64,000 nt of DNA from an uncultured Candidatus Saccharibacteria bacterium (GCA_964391455.1 CAYMJQ010000001.1:15865-79864); one strand, 5' to 3'; positions 44,910-55,476 are shown, counted from the first letter of the stretch. The notes: generated by a model from the sequence alone, not told the origin. Numbers and translations are program-made.

Positions 44910-45926
44910 ATGAACAACGAAAATATAAAATTTTCTATTTCAAATGGATTGCAAGTCTTTATAAAAAAATTTAAAGACTTGCCAATTATTAAAAAATACT
45001 TAATTTCTTTTTTTGTAGTAATTTTGATTCTATTATCTTTTTATATTTTTTTAAAAAACCCTCCGAGAAATTATCCCATAAACACAGTATTTACAATAAA
45101 TGAAGGACAATCATTGCAAAATATAACAAATAATTTATATCAAAATAATATAATCAAACATCCATTAGTATTTAGAAGTGCTGTTATTTTAATGGGGGGA
45201 GAAAGAAATGTAATTGCAGGAAATTATTTTCTAGATAAAAAAGAAAATCCTGTAACTTTGGCTTATCGATTGATGAATGGTGATTTTAATACTGACATTT
45301 TGAAAATTACAATTCCGGAAGGTTGGAATATTTTTAAGATAGCAGATCATTTAGAAAAAAATATAAAAAATTTTAATAAAGATGAATTTATAAGAATAGC
45401 CAAAGAAAAAGAGGGGTATCTTTTTCCAGACACTTATTTTATAGAAGATACCGCAAGGCCTGAATTCATTGTTAATTTGATGAATAAAAATTTTGAAAAC
45501 AAAATAAAAAATGTAAACTCACTTGCAACTTCTACCAGAGACTTGGAAGACATAATAATAATGGCTTCTATATTGGAAGGGGAAGCAAACACAATGGAGA
45601 GTAAAAAAATAGTTTCTGGTATCCTGTGGAAGAGATTAGAAGTGGGAATGCCTCTTCAAGTAGACGCGACTTTTTCTTATGTAAATGGTAAAAATACTTT
45701 CGAATTAACTTTGGATGACTTACAAATAGATTCTCCTTATAATACTTATAAATATAAAGGCCTACCTCCTGGCCCTATCAGTAACCCAGGTTTAAACGCA
45801 ATAAATTCAGCACTAAATCCTACCCAAACAAGATATCTTTACTTTTTAACAGGTAAGGATGGAAAAATGTATTACTCTAGAACATTTGAAGAGCACAAAA
45901 CAAAAAAACAACTACATTTAAAATAA
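44910..45926 (+). CDS. mltG: Endolytic murein transglycosylase MltG/YceG family (second paralog)
   Basis: There is an N-terminal TM. The motif GLPPGPISNPGLNAINSALNP and the shared block DATFSYVNGKN / DATLQYAKGNE link it to 32253-33053. Confidence 0.7.
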   Translation: MNNENIKFSISNGLQVFIKKFKDLPIIKKYLISFFVVILILLSFYIFLKNPPRNYPINTVFTINEGQSLQNITNNLYQNNIIKHPLVFRSAVILMGGERNVIAGNYFLDKKENPVTLAYRLMNGDFNTDILKITIPEGWNIFKIADHLEKNIKNFNKDEFIRIAKEKEGYLFPDTYFIEDTARPEFIVNLMNKNFENKIKNVNSLATSTRDLEDIIIMASILEGEANTMESKKIVSGILWKRLEVGMPLQVDATFSYVNGKNTFELTLDDLQIDSPYNTYKYKGLPPGPISNPGLNAINSALNPTQTRYLYFLTGKDGKMYYSRTFEEHKTKKQLHLK

Positions 45927-45955
45927 TCTCATTTAATTTTTACAACTTATAATAT

Positions 45956-47059
45956 TTGTGTTATTTTGAAAAAATGAATAAAAAACCTAAGGTTTTTGTA
46001 GGTGTCTCTGGTGGAGTTGACAGCTCTGTCTCTTTGGCTTTGCTTCAAAATCAAGGGTTTGATGTTACTGGTGTATTTTTGAAAGTTTGGTATCCAGATT
46101 TTATGCCTTGTGATTGGAAAGAAGAAAGACTTTCTGCGATGAGAGTTTGTGCAACTCTTAATGTTCCTTTTATAACTTTAGATTGTGAGAAGGAATACAA
46201 AAAAGAAGTTGTTGACTATATGATAAGTGAGTATAAATCTGGAAGAATACCTAACCCTGATATATTTTGTAATAAGTATGTAAAATTTGGCGTATTTCTA
46301 AAAAAAGCTATAGAATTAGGGGCTGATTTTATTGCTACAGGACATTATGCAATAAATCACCAACAAAAAGACGGTACTTATGAATTAAAAGAATCTTTAG
46401 ATAAAGAAAAAGACCAGAGTTATTTTTTATATACGTTAACTCAAAATCAATTAAAGCACATAATTTTACCTGTAGGTAATTTAACCAAACCAGAAGTAAG
46501 AAGAAAAGCAGAAGAATTTAAATTACATAATGCCACTAAAAAAGATAGTCAAGGATTGTGTTTTATGGGAAAAGTAGATGTAAAAAAGTTCTTATCACAT
46601 TATATAGAAACTAAAAAAGGTGATGTTTTAAATACAGATGGTGTAGTTATTGGAGAACATGATGGTTCCATATTTTATACAATTGGACAAAGACATGGTT
46701 TTAATATAACTCAAAAGACACCAAATGATCCTAGATATATAGTTATAAGTAAAGATTTAGAAAAAAATACTATTACAGTTGCCGGAAAAGAAGTTCAAAA
46801 AGAAAAAATAAAGAATATAAAAAAAATTCTTTTAAATAATGTTAATTTTATATCAGGCAAAGAACCTCAAACTCCACTATCTTTACAAATAAGGATAAGG
46901 TACAGACAAGAAAAGAAAAAATCTCTGCTAAAAAAAGAAAATAACAACTACTATATTGAATTTTGTGAAGACCAGGAAGCCGTTGCTGTAGGTCAGTCCG
47001 CTGTTTTTTACCAAGACGAAATTTGTTTAGGCGGTGGAATAATAGAAAAAGCTTATTAA
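45956..47059 (+). CDS. mnmA: tRNA-specific 2-thiouridylase
   Basis: VGVSGGVDSSVS PP-loop and conserved catalytic Cys residues are present. Confidence 0.9.
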   Translation: MCYFEKMNKKPKVFVGVSGGVDSSVSLALLQNQGFDVTGVFLKVWYPDFMPCDWKEERLSAMRVCATLNVPFITLDCEKEYKKEVVDYMISEYKSGRIPNPDIFCNKYVKFGVFLKKAIELGADFIATGHYAINHQQKDGTYELKESLDKEKDQSYFLYTLTQNQLKHIILPVGNLTKPEVRRKAEEFKLHNATKKDSQGLCFMGKVDVKKFLSHYIETKKGDVLNTDGVVIGEHDGSIFYTIGQRHGFNITQKTPNDPRYIVISKDLEKNTITVAGKEVQKEKIKNIKKILLNNVNFISGKEPQTPLSLQIRIRYRQEKKKSLLKKENNNYYIEFCEDQEAVAVGQSAVFYQDEICLGGGIIEKAY

Positions 47060-47107
47060 TTTATATTTTGGTTTTACGATATAAAATACTTATGAGATAA
47101 TACGAAT

Positions 47108-47938
47108 ATGGGTAATTTTTACGTAGTAAAATCTGATGGCACAAAAGAACTTTTTGATGTAGACAAATTAGAAAGATCATTAAAAAAAGCTGGAGCTTCT
47201 ACAAAAACAGTATCTGAAATAATAGACAAAACAAAATCTAGTATTTCTGAAGAAATAACCACTCAAGATATATACAAAAAAGCTTTTGATCTTTTACATA
47301 AGGAAGAAAAACCAATAGCTCTTAAGTACTCCTTAAAAAGAGCCATAATGGATCTAGGACCGTCAGGTTTTCCTTTTGAAGATTTCATTGCCGAAGTCTT
47401 AAGGAAAAAAGGCTTTGAAGCTGAAACAGGGAAAATAGTTAGAGGATTTTGTGTGGAGCATGAAGTTGATGTTGTGGCTTGGAATGAAAATAAACTAATT
47501 ATGGTAGAAGCTAAATTTCATAATGAGCTTGGCATTAAATCAGATTTAAAAATTGCTTTGTATGTAAAAGCTCGTTTTGATGATCTAAAAAAAGTTTCTT
47601 ATAGATACGGAAACAAAGAAAGACACTTAGATGAAGGATGGCTTGTAACAAATACAAAATTTACTTCTACTGCAATAGAGTACGGCTCTTGTCAGGGAGG
47701 TATGAGAATGATAGGTTGGAATTATCCTCCTGTGGGGAATTTACACGATATGATTCTTGAATCAAAATTACACCCTGTAACTTGTCTTAGTACACTAACT
47801 GGAAGAGAAAAGAAAGAATTATTAGATAAAGGATTTGTTTTGTGTAAAACTATTTCAGAAAATAAAGACATCCTAATATCTATTGGTTTAGAAAATTCAA
47901 AAATTACAAAAGTTTTGGAAGAAATAGAATCTTTGTAA
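47108..47938 (+). CDS. ATP-cone domain protein fused to a restriction-endonuclease-like (Mrr-cat type) domain
   Basis: The N-terminus FYVVKSDGTKELFDVDKLERSLKKAGAS is an ATP cone. The central EDFIAEVLRKKGFEAE...VDVVAWNENKLIMVEAKFHN is the PD-(D/E)xK / Mrr catalytic-domain pattern. Confidence 0.55.
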   Translation: MGNFYVVKSDGTKELFDVDKLERSLKKAGASTKTVSEIIDKTKSSISEEITTQDIYKKAFDLLHKEEKPIALKYSLKRAIMDLGPSGFPFEDFIAEVLRKKGFEAETGKIVRGFCVEHEVDVVAWNENKLIMVEAKFHNELGIKSDLKIALYVKARFDDLKKVSYRYGNKERHLDEGWLVTNTKFTSTAIEYGSCQGGMRMIGWNYPPVGNLHDMILESKLHPVTCLSTLTGREKKELLDKGFVLCKTISENKDILISIGLENSKITKVLEEIESL

Positions 47939-47939
47939 A

Positions 47940-48551
47940 ATGGCAAAAGGTAATAAAAAAAATCAAAAAATAAAAACCGATAAAAGTATAGCTAATTTTT
48001 TCTTTGAAGTTGGAATGCTCGCAAAAACACCTAGAAGTGGTTTTCATTTTTTAGGTACTGGAGAGCAATCTGTTGCCGAGCACACTAACAGAACCGCTTT
48101 TATCGGATATTCTTTGGCTCAAATGGATGGTACTGTAGATGTTTTAAAAGTATTAAAAATGTGCTTATTTCATGATATATCTGAAACACGTATATCAGAT
48201 TTAAATCATATACACCAAAAATATGTCGAAAGAAAAGAGCATAGTGCGGTAAAAGACATATCAGACTCAATACCATTCGGAGAAGACATATTTTTAACTC
48301 TTTTGGAATATGAAAAAAAAGAATCAAAAGAAGCAATTTTAGTAAAAGATGCAGATACATTAGAATGGATTACCTCATTAAAAGAGGAAATAGATACTGG
48401 GAATACAAGAGCTGAAGAATGGATTAAGTTTGCAATAAATAGATTAAAAACTCCTTTTGCTAAAGACATAGCAAAAGCTATAATGTCAGCGGATTCAAGT
48501 GATTGGTGGTTTCCAGAAGATTCAGTTATTAGAAATAAAAAATATTTATAA
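47940..48551 (+). CDS. HD-domain phosphohydrolase (YfbR-like 5'-deoxynucleotidase family)
   Basis: The H...HD...D motif is present (VAEHTNRTAF...LFHDISETRISD). Its start is 2 nt after the preceding gene. Confidence 0.65.
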   Translation: MAKGNKKNQKIKTDKSIANFFFEVGMLAKTPRSGFHFLGTGEQSVAEHTNRTAFIGYSLAQMDGTVDVLKVLKMCLFHDISETRISDLNHIHQKYVERKEHSAVKDISDSIPFGEDIFLTLLEYEKKESKEAILVKDADTLEWITSLKEEIDTGNTRAEEWIKFAINRLKTPFAKDIAKAIMSADSSDWWFPEDSVIRNKKYL

Positions 48552-48569
48552 AACTAAATAGAAAAAACT

Positions 48570-49181
48570 ATGAGTTTAACACTAGAAGAAAAATTTGAAA
48601 AAATGAAACAAATAAGAGACGAACTGTTACAACTCAAAGAATCTCCCTTGTATCAGTATAGAATTGAAAACAAATATTTCCCTGTAGTAGGTGAAGGTAG
48701 TCATACTGCTCATATAATGTTTGTAGGAGAAGCTCCTGGAAAAAATGAAGCTGAGACAGGCAGGCCTTTTTCTGGTAAATCTGGTAAGGTTTTGGATAAT
48801 ATGTTGGAATCTATTAAATTGAATAGAAGTGATGTTTATATAACAAATATAGTTAAAGACAGACCACAAGAAAACAGAGACCCCACTGAAGAAGAAATAA
48901 AGTTATACGCACCTTTTCTTGATAGACAAATAGATATAATACAACCAAATGTTATAGCTACTCTAGGAAGATTTTCCATGAATTATATAATGAATCGATT
49001 TGGGTTAAGTGACAAAATAGGTCCGATAAGTCAGTTGCATGGGAAAGAATTTGTGGCTCAAACAAACTACGGTCCAATAAGTATAATACCGCTTTACCAC
49101 CCAGCAGTTTCTCTATACGATGGATCAAACAAAGAAACTATTCTCAAAGATTTCCAAGTATTAACAAAATATATAAAATAA
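48570..49181 (+). CDS. Uracil-DNA glycosylase, family 4
   Basis: GEGSHTAHIMFVGEAPGKNEAETGRPFSGKSGKVLD is the family-4 UDG motif. Confidence 0.8.
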   Translation: MSLTLEEKFEKMKQIRDELLQLKESPLYQYRIENKYFPVVGEGSHTAHIMFVGEAPGKNEAETGRPFSGKSGKVLDNMLESIKLNRSDVYITNIVKDRPQENRDPTEEEIKLYAPFLDRQIDIIQPNVIATLGRFSMNYIMNRFGLSDKIGPISQLHGKEFVAQTNYGPISIIPLYHPAVSLYDGSNKETILKDFQVLTKYIK

Positions 49182-50959
49182 TGACAAAAAAAACTGAAAA
49201 CAAAATAAAAACAGAATGGGACTTAAAACAATTATATAAATCTCCAAAAGATTCTCAGATAGATAAAGATATTTCTATAACTGAAAATGCTTATATTAAT
49301 TTTGCCAAAAAATATAAAAAAAATAACAAATATTTAACTCAAGAAAATTCACTTTTAAATGCACTTAAAGAGTATGAAGAGTTAAATGACTTACCGGGAT
49401 CAAAAACTTATTTTTACCTTCATCTTGCTGGAGATTTGAATAGTTTTGATGAATCCATAAAAGCAAAAAGAAATTTAGTATCACAAAAAATACAAGAAAT
49501 ATCTAACACTATTGTTTTTTTTGAACTTAATCTTTCTAAAATACCAAATAAACAACAAAAAATATTTCTAAAAAGTAAAAAACTTGAAAAATATAAATAT
49601 TTTCTAAAAAAAATTTTTGAAAATGGAAAATATCTATTAACTGAGCCTGAAGAAAAAATACTTTCGCTGAAATCAATTACCTCAAGTAGTATGTGGGTTC
49701 AAGCAGTAGAAAATATAAAAAGCAAAAAAACTATAGAATATAAAAATAAACAGATATCAATCCCTGAAGCAGTATCAATTATAAACGAACTGCCTTCACA
49801 AAAAAATAGATTTGAACTCCAAAATAAAATTATGGAGGCATATTATTCTATTTCAGAAATTGCTGAAAGTGAACTTAACGCTATTGTTATAGATAAAAAA
49901 ATAAATGACGAATTAAGAGGATTCAAAGAAGTATTTGATTCAACCATAATTGCGTACGAGAATGAGAGAGAAACTGTTAAGAGTCTTATAAAAACAGTAA
50001 CAGATAATTTTAAAATTTCTAACAGATTTTACAAAATCAAAGCAAAAATGCTTAATGTTTCAAGACTAAACTACTCTGACAGATCAGCCAAAGTGGGGAA
50101 GATTAATTTGAAGTATTCTTTTGAAGATTCTTATAAAATTCTATATGAGCTATTTAATAAGACTGACCCTAAATTTGCACAAATAATAAAAAAGTTTGTA
50201 GAAAATGGCCAAATAGACGTGTATCCAAAAATTGGCAAAAAAGGTGGGGCATATTGTTCTCACCAACACGGAATGCCCATCTTTGTTATGCTAAACCACA
50301 CAAATACAGCTGATTCACTGTCTACTTTTGCCCATGAAATGGGTCATGCAATACACTCTGAATTTGCAAAATCACAACCATCTATATATGAAGGATACTC
50401 AATGTCTACAGCTGAGGTAGCGAGTACATTTTTTGAATCTTTACTTTTCTATGAATTATTTGAAAAAATGTCAAATGAAGAAAAAATATTAGCTCTCCAT
50501 GATAAAATCCAGGATGATGTTTCAACAATTTTTCGACAAATAGCTTGTTTTAATTTTGAAACAGAAATGCATAACCTGATACGCCAAAAAGGAAACCTAT
50601 CTAAAGAAGAACTTGCTTCTATTATGAATAAACACATGAAAAACTACATAGGAGATGTAAATTTTGGACCAAAAGATGGGTATTCTTTTGTCGGTTGGCC
50701 TCATATTAGATACATGTTTTATGTTTATTCATATGCCTTCGGACAACTAACAAGTAAAGCTTTGTTTAATAAGTATAAACAAGATAAAACATTCATTGAA
50801 AAAATAAAACAATTTTTGAGTACTGGTAGTTCTATGTCTCCAGAAGATACATTTAAAAAAATAGGATTAGATTTGAAAAACCCAGAATTTTGGCGTAGTG
50901 GTATAAAAGAAATAGAAAATGACATTAAGACACTTGAAAAACTTATATCTAAAAAGTAG
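49181..50959 (+). CDS. pepF: Oligoendopeptidase F (M3B metallopeptidase)
   Basis: HEMGHAIHSE zinc motif and M3B family length and organisation. Confidence 0.8.
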   Translation: MTKKTENKIKTEWDLKQLYKSPKDSQIDKDISITENAYINFAKKYKKNNKYLTQENSLLNALKEYEELNDLPGSKTYFYLHLAGDLNSFDESIKAKRNLVSQKIQEISNTIVFFELNLSKIPNKQQKIFLKSKKLEKYKYFLKKIFENGKYLLTEPEEKILSLKSITSSSMWVQAVENIKSKKTIEYKNKQISIPEAVSIINELPSQKNRFELQNKIMEAYYSISEIAESELNAIVIDKKINDELRGFKEVFDSTIIAYENERETVKSLIKTVTDNFKISNRFYKIKAKMLNVSRLNYSDRSAKVGKINLKYSFEDSYKILYELFNKTDPKFAQIIKKFVENGQIDVYPKIGKKGGAYCSHQHGMPIFVMLNHTNTADSLSTFAHEMGHAIHSEFAKSQPSIYEGYSMSTAEVASTFFESLLFYELFEKMSNEEKILALHDKIQDDVSTIFRQIACFNFETEMHNLIRQKGNLSKEELASIMNKHMKNYIGDVNFGPKDGYSFVGWPHIRYMFYVYSYAFGQLTSKALFNKYKQDKTFIEKIKQFLSTGSSMSPEDTFKKIGLDLKNPEFWRSGIKEIENDIKTLEKLISKK

Positions 50960-50974
50960 TGTAATATTATAAAT

Positions 50975-52741
50975 ATGAACTCACAAGAAATAAGAAAACG
51001 ATTTTTAAATTTTTTTGAAAAAAGAGGTCACGCAATAATACCCTCGGCTTCGCTTATACCAGAAAATGATCCTTCGGTATTATTTAACACTGCAGGCATG
51101 CAACCTCTGGTTCCTTACTTACTTGGACAAGAACACCCTAAAGGTAAAAGACTTGTAGATATTCAAAAATGCGTTAGAACGAATGATATCGATGAAGTGG
51201 GTGATAATACTCATCTTACCTTTTTTGAAATGATGGGTAACTGGTCGTTAGGAGATTATTGGAAAAAAGAATCTATTAACTGGAGTTATGAACTACTAAC
51301 ATCTAAAGATGAAGGATTTGGTTTGGACCCACAAAGACTTTATGTAACTTGTTTTGAAGGAAATGAAAATGTTCCCAAAGATACAGAATCTGCAGAAATC
51401 TGGAAAGAAATTTTTGAAAAAAATGGCATAACTGGAGAAAGAATTTATTTTAGACCGAAAGAAAAAAATTGGTGGTCTGCTGGCCCAAATGGTCCGTGTG
51501 GTCCTGATACAGAAATGTTTTACGACTTAACTGGTGAACTTAACTCTGGGATGACGTTAGACGAATATCTAAAGGCCGATGATGAACAAAAAGTTGTTGA
51601 GATATGGAACAATGTTTTTATGCAATATTTGTCTAAAGATGGAAATGTAATTGGGGAGCTTCCAAAAAAAAATGTTGATACAGGTGCTGGTTTTGAAAGA
51701 GTGGTCGCGGTAGTACAAGGTAAACCTAATGTATATGAAATTGATATATTTGAAAACATTATTAAAACGACTTCTAAACTATCTTCAAGTGAGAAAAATC
51801 AAAAGATAATTGCTGATCATTTTAGAACTGCAGTTTTTATGATTACTGATGGTGTGGTTCCATCAAATACTGATAGAGGATATATTCTACGAAGACTAAT
51901 AAGAAGGTCAGTTGTCAAAATGGACAAAAGATCCGATGGTTCAAAAATTAACCTTGAAGAAATTTCGGAACTAATTAATATAATTTCAGATGTCTATGAA
52001 TCTAGCTATCCTGAAATTAAAAACAATCTACATAAAGTAAATGTAATTATTCAAGAAGAAATTAATAGATTTTCTAAAACATTAGAAACTGGCTTAAAAC
52101 AATTTGAAAAAGGAGAAGACCCTTTTATACTATTTACCACATATGGATTCCCAATTGAGCTGACCTTGGAACTAGGTAAGGAAAATGGAATAAAAATAGA
52201 TAAAGATACTTTTGATAAAAAATTTAAAGAACACCAAGAGCTTTCAAGGCAAGGAAGTGAACAGAAGTTCAAGGGTGGACTTTCTGGCACTGGAGAAATG
52301 GAAACGAAATATCACACAGCAACACATCTACTACACCAAGTGTTAAGAGATATATTAGGTGACTCTGTGCAACAAAAAGGAAGCAATATCACACCAGAAA
52401 GACTTAGATTTGATTTTTCTTTTCCAAGAAAAATGACAGATGATGAAAAACAAAGAGTCGAAGATACTGTAAATGAAAAAATAAAAATGAAACTTCCAGT
52501 AGATAAAATTTTAATGAAAAAAGATGAGGCTGAAAAAATAGGAGCTCTTCATTTTTTTGGGGAAAAATATCCAGATGAAGTAACTGTTTATTATATAGGA
52601 GACTCCATTGAAAGCGCTTATTCAAAAGAATTTTGTGGAGGACCGCACGTAGAGAATATTGGTATCTTGGGTAAGTTTAAAATTATAAAAGAAGAAGCGG
52701 TCTCTGTAGGGATAAGAAGAATAAAAGCTGTATTAGAATAA
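50975..52741 (+). CDS. alaS: Alanyl-tRNA synthetase (catalytic plus editing domains; lacks the C-terminal C-Ala/DHHA1 region)
   Basis: The class II core (FNTAGMQP, RTNDIDEVGDNTHLTFFEMMGNWS) and editing-domain HxxxH/CxxxH (HTATHLLHQ, CGGPHV) are present. At 588 aa it is much shorter than the roughly 870 aa canonical form. Confidence 0.85.
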   Translation: MNSQEIRKRFLNFFEKRGHAIIPSASLIPENDPSVLFNTAGMQPLVPYLLGQEHPKGKRLVDIQKCVRTNDIDEVGDNTHLTFFEMMGNWSLGDYWKKESINWSYELLTSKDEGFGLDPQRLYVTCFEGNENVPKDTESAEIWKEIFEKNGITGERIYFRPKEKNWWSAGPNGPCGPDTEMFYDLTGELNSGMTLDEYLKADDEQKVVEIWNNVFMQYLSKDGNVIGELPKKNVDTGAGFERVVAVVQGKPNVYEIDIFENIIKTTSKLSSSEKNQKIIADHFRTAVFMITDGVVPSNTDRGYILRRLIRRSVVKMDKRSDGSKINLEEISELINIISDVYESSYPEIKNNLHKVNVIIQEEINRFSKTLETGLKQFEKGEDPFILFTTYGFPIELTLELGKENGIKIDKDTFDKKFKEHQELSRQGSEQKFKGGLSGTGEMETKYHTATHLLHQVLRDILGDSVQQKGSNITPERLRFDFSFPRKMTDDEKQRVEDTVNEKIKMKLPVDKILMKKDEAEKIGALHFFGEKYPDEVTVYYIGDSIESAYSKEFCGGPHVENIGILGKFKIIKEEAVSVGIRRIKAVLE

Positions 52742-52787
52742 AAATCTTTTATTAAAGATTAAATTAGATGCTATAATAAAAAATATT

Positions 52788-53963
52788 ATGTTGTTTTTTA
52801 CTAAAGACAAAAATGAAGAAAGATCTATTTTAATAGATGTTGGAAATGGTAGTATCACTGGTTCAGTTGTATCTTTTAAAGATAATCAAAAACCACTTTT
52901 TTTGTATATAGTTAGAAATTTTTTTTCAGCTAATGAAAAATTAGAATCTCAGAAATTAGAGATAGAGATGAAAGATCTTTTAAATCAAACATTAGACAAT
53001 ATAAATAAAAAAGGTCTTGGTAAAATAGATAAAGTCTTGATTTCCTTCTCTTCTCCTTGGTTTTTATCAAAAACTAGATTTGTAAAAATATCAAATAGTA
53101 AAGAATTTATAGTGACAAAAAATTTTTTGGAAGATGTTTTAAATAAAGAAATAGAAGTATTTAAAAAGGAATTAGAAAAAGAATACAATGGTGAACAATT
53201 TGAGGCTATAGAAAAAAGTGTAATTCATAGCAAAATTAATGGTTATGCACTAGATAATACATTAAATAAAAGAACAAAGATCCTAGACCTTTCGGTGTAT
53301 GTATCCGTAGTGCATAATTTGTTTTTGAAAAATTTACTAGAAATAATACATAAACACACTCATTTAAGTAGGAACAAAATACACATAAATTCATTTCCTT
53401 TAGTAAGCTTTACAGTATTTAGAGATTTGTTTACTCACGAACCTGATTTCTTAATTATGGATATTACTTCAGAAATAACGGATATAACTTTGGTGAGAGA
53501 AAATTCTGTAGAGAAAACAGTTTCTATTCCTTCTGGAAAAAATTTTATAATTAGACAAATATCAAAAAATCTTGGAATCCCGTTTGAAATAGCAGAATCT
53601 ACTTTAAAATTGTTTATAGATAAAAAATTAGACGAACAAGCTTCTTCAAAAGTCTCAGAGATTCTTATACAGGTGGAAAAAGAATGGTCTATATATTTAG
53701 AAAATGCTTTATTGGAGTTGTCTGATTCGCATCTACCAATGACATTATTTTTAACCTCAGATCATAATATTTTTAGTATATATGAAGAATTTTTAAAAAT
53801 TCAAAAAACTGATTCTACTGCTATATTTAGAAAAAATTTAAAAATTGAAAGAATAGACTTAGAAAAATTACAGTCATTTTATGAAAATAAAAGTGGTTTT
53901 AACCTGGATGAATTTATTGTAATTTTAACTCTTTTTTATAAAAAGATTTTTACACAAAAATAA
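52788..53963 (+). CDS. Hypothetical protein, possibly an actin-like ATPase (FtsA/PilM-like)
   Basis: The N-terminal ILIDVGNGSITGSVVSF resembles the phosphate-1 motif of the actin/HSP70 fold. The internal DITSEITDITLV is adenosine-motif-like. The resemblance is weak. Confidence 0.3.
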   Translation: MLFFTKDKNEERSILIDVGNGSITGSVVSFKDNQKPLFLYIVRNFFSANEKLESQKLEIEMKDLLNQTLDNINKKGLGKIDKVLISFSSPWFLSKTRFVKISNSKEFIVTKNFLEDVLNKEIEVFKKELEKEYNGEQFEAIEKSVIHSKINGYALDNTLNKRTKILDLSVYVSVVHNLFLKNLLEIIHKHTHLSRNKIHINSFPLVSFTVFRDLFTHEPDFLIMDITSEITDITLVRENSVEKTVSIPSGKNFIIRQISKNLGIPFEIAESTLKLFIDKKLDEQASSKVSEILIQVEKEWSIYLENALLELSDSHLPMTLFLTSDHNIFSIYEEFLKIQKTDSTAIFRKNLKIERIDLEKLQSFYENKSGFNLDEFIVILTLFYKKIFTQK

Positions 53964-54015
53964 AGTTGGTGTTAGTTGTGAGTAGACAAATATTTTACAC
54001 AGAGTTAAAATATAG

Positions 54016-55398
54016 TTGATGAAAAAAAATATTGTACAGGATGTAATGCCACCTAAAAAATCCATAAGAAACATAAAAATACCTCCTAAAAGAAGTTCTT
54101 TAAAAGATATTGATAAACCTATTAAAAATAATTATGACGAGAAAGATTTTATTCGACCTGTACCAATACAGGCCCCTATAAAAATAGAAAATCCTAGAGA
54201 AAATCTAGAATCCACGATTCCAACAACTGATTATAAGTATGAATATAATGACAATAACAATAAATCAAAAAAATGGGTTTATTTGTTCGGTTCTATACTA
54301 ATAATTTCTTTAGCATTTGGAATCTCGACTTTCTTTAAAAGTGCAGAAATAAAAGTAACGCCTAAACAAGAAAGCAGAAGTATAAACGAAAACTTTACTG
54401 CTACAAAAGATGTTTTAACTGGTTTAGGGTTTCAAACAGTCTCAGTATCAAAAGAGGTGGAAAAAATAGTAAAATCTACAGGTGAAGAAAGAGTGGAAAG
54501 AAAAAGTAGGGGAACGATTGTCATATACAACAATTTTTCTTCACAATCACAGAGATTAGTTGCTACAACAAGGTTTCAAACACCAGAAGGTCTTATATAC
54601 AGATTAATAAACCCGGTTACTGTTCCAGGTAGGGAAACTAAGGATGGAAAAACAGTGCCTGGGAGTGTTGAGGTTCTTGTAGAAGCTGATAAACCAGGTG
54701 TATCATACAATATAGGACTTAAAGATTTCACAATACCTGGATTTAATGGAGATCCAAGGTTTAATTCTATCTATGCAAGATCCAAAACAGAAATGACGGG
54801 TGGTTTTTCTGGACTACAAAAAACAGTATCAAAAGATATTCTAGATGCATCAGAAGAAGAGTTAAAAAATTTACTAGAAACATCCTTACAGGCAGACATA
54901 AAAGCTCAAATCCCAGCAAATTTTGTATCTTATAAAGATGGTTTAATTTACGAATTAGATGAAACAACACAAATGCCGGCATCAGGAGATGATGAGGTTA
55001 TACTAAAAAAGAAAGGCAGAGCAACTGCCGTTATATTTGATAAAGGTGTACTAACCAAAACAATATTTACAAAAACAATACCTGAAATTGAAGAAGGACA
55101 AGTTAGAATATCAAATATAGAAGACTTGGAATTTAAACCAGTAAAAAACATAATTTCTTCCGACAAAGAAATCTCCTTTTCTATATCTGGACAAGCTAAC
55201 TTAATATGGGTTTTTGATGAAAATAAACTAAAAGAAGATCTCCTGGGCTTATCTAAAAAATCCGGCTTGTTAGTTATTGAAAATTACCCGTCTATAACCG
55301 AAGCCTCTATAGAAACTAAGCCTTTTTGGAACAGAAAGATACCTTTGGATGGGGAGAAAGTGACATTAATAAATACATCTAATACTAATGAACAATAA
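54016..55398 (+). CDS. Hypothetical membrane-anchored protein (460 aa)
   Basis: It has a single N-terminal TM (WVYLFGSILIISLAFGISTFF) and a large extracytoplasmic domain with no motif. Confidence 0.3.
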   Translation: MMKKNIVQDVMPPKKSIRNIKIPPKRSSLKDIDKPIKNNYDEKDFIRPVPIQAPIKIENPRENLESTIPTTDYKYEYNDNNNKSKKWVYLFGSILIISLAFGISTFFKSAEIKVTPKQESRSINENFTATKDVLTGLGFQTVSVSKEVEKIVKSTGEERVERKSRGTIVIYNNFSSQSQRLVATTRFQTPEGLIYRLINPVTVPGRETKDGKTVPGSVEVLVEADKPGVSYNIGLKDFTIPGFNGDPRFNSIYARSKTEMTGGFSGLQKTVSKDILDASEEELKNLLETSLQADIKAQIPANFVSYKDGLIYELDETTQMPASGDDEVILKKKGRATAVIFDKGVLTKTIFTKTIPEIEEGQVRISNIEDLEFKPVKNIISSDKEISFSISGQANLIWVFDENKLKEDLLGLSKKSGLLVIENYPSITEASIETKPFWNRKIPLDGEKVTLINTSNTNEQ

Positions 55399-55476
55399 AG
55401 CTATTGACTTTGTGGTCGAGTTTCTGTTAGGATACTTTTTGTACTAATTTATGCCGTTATTTAAGGTTTTTTACAT

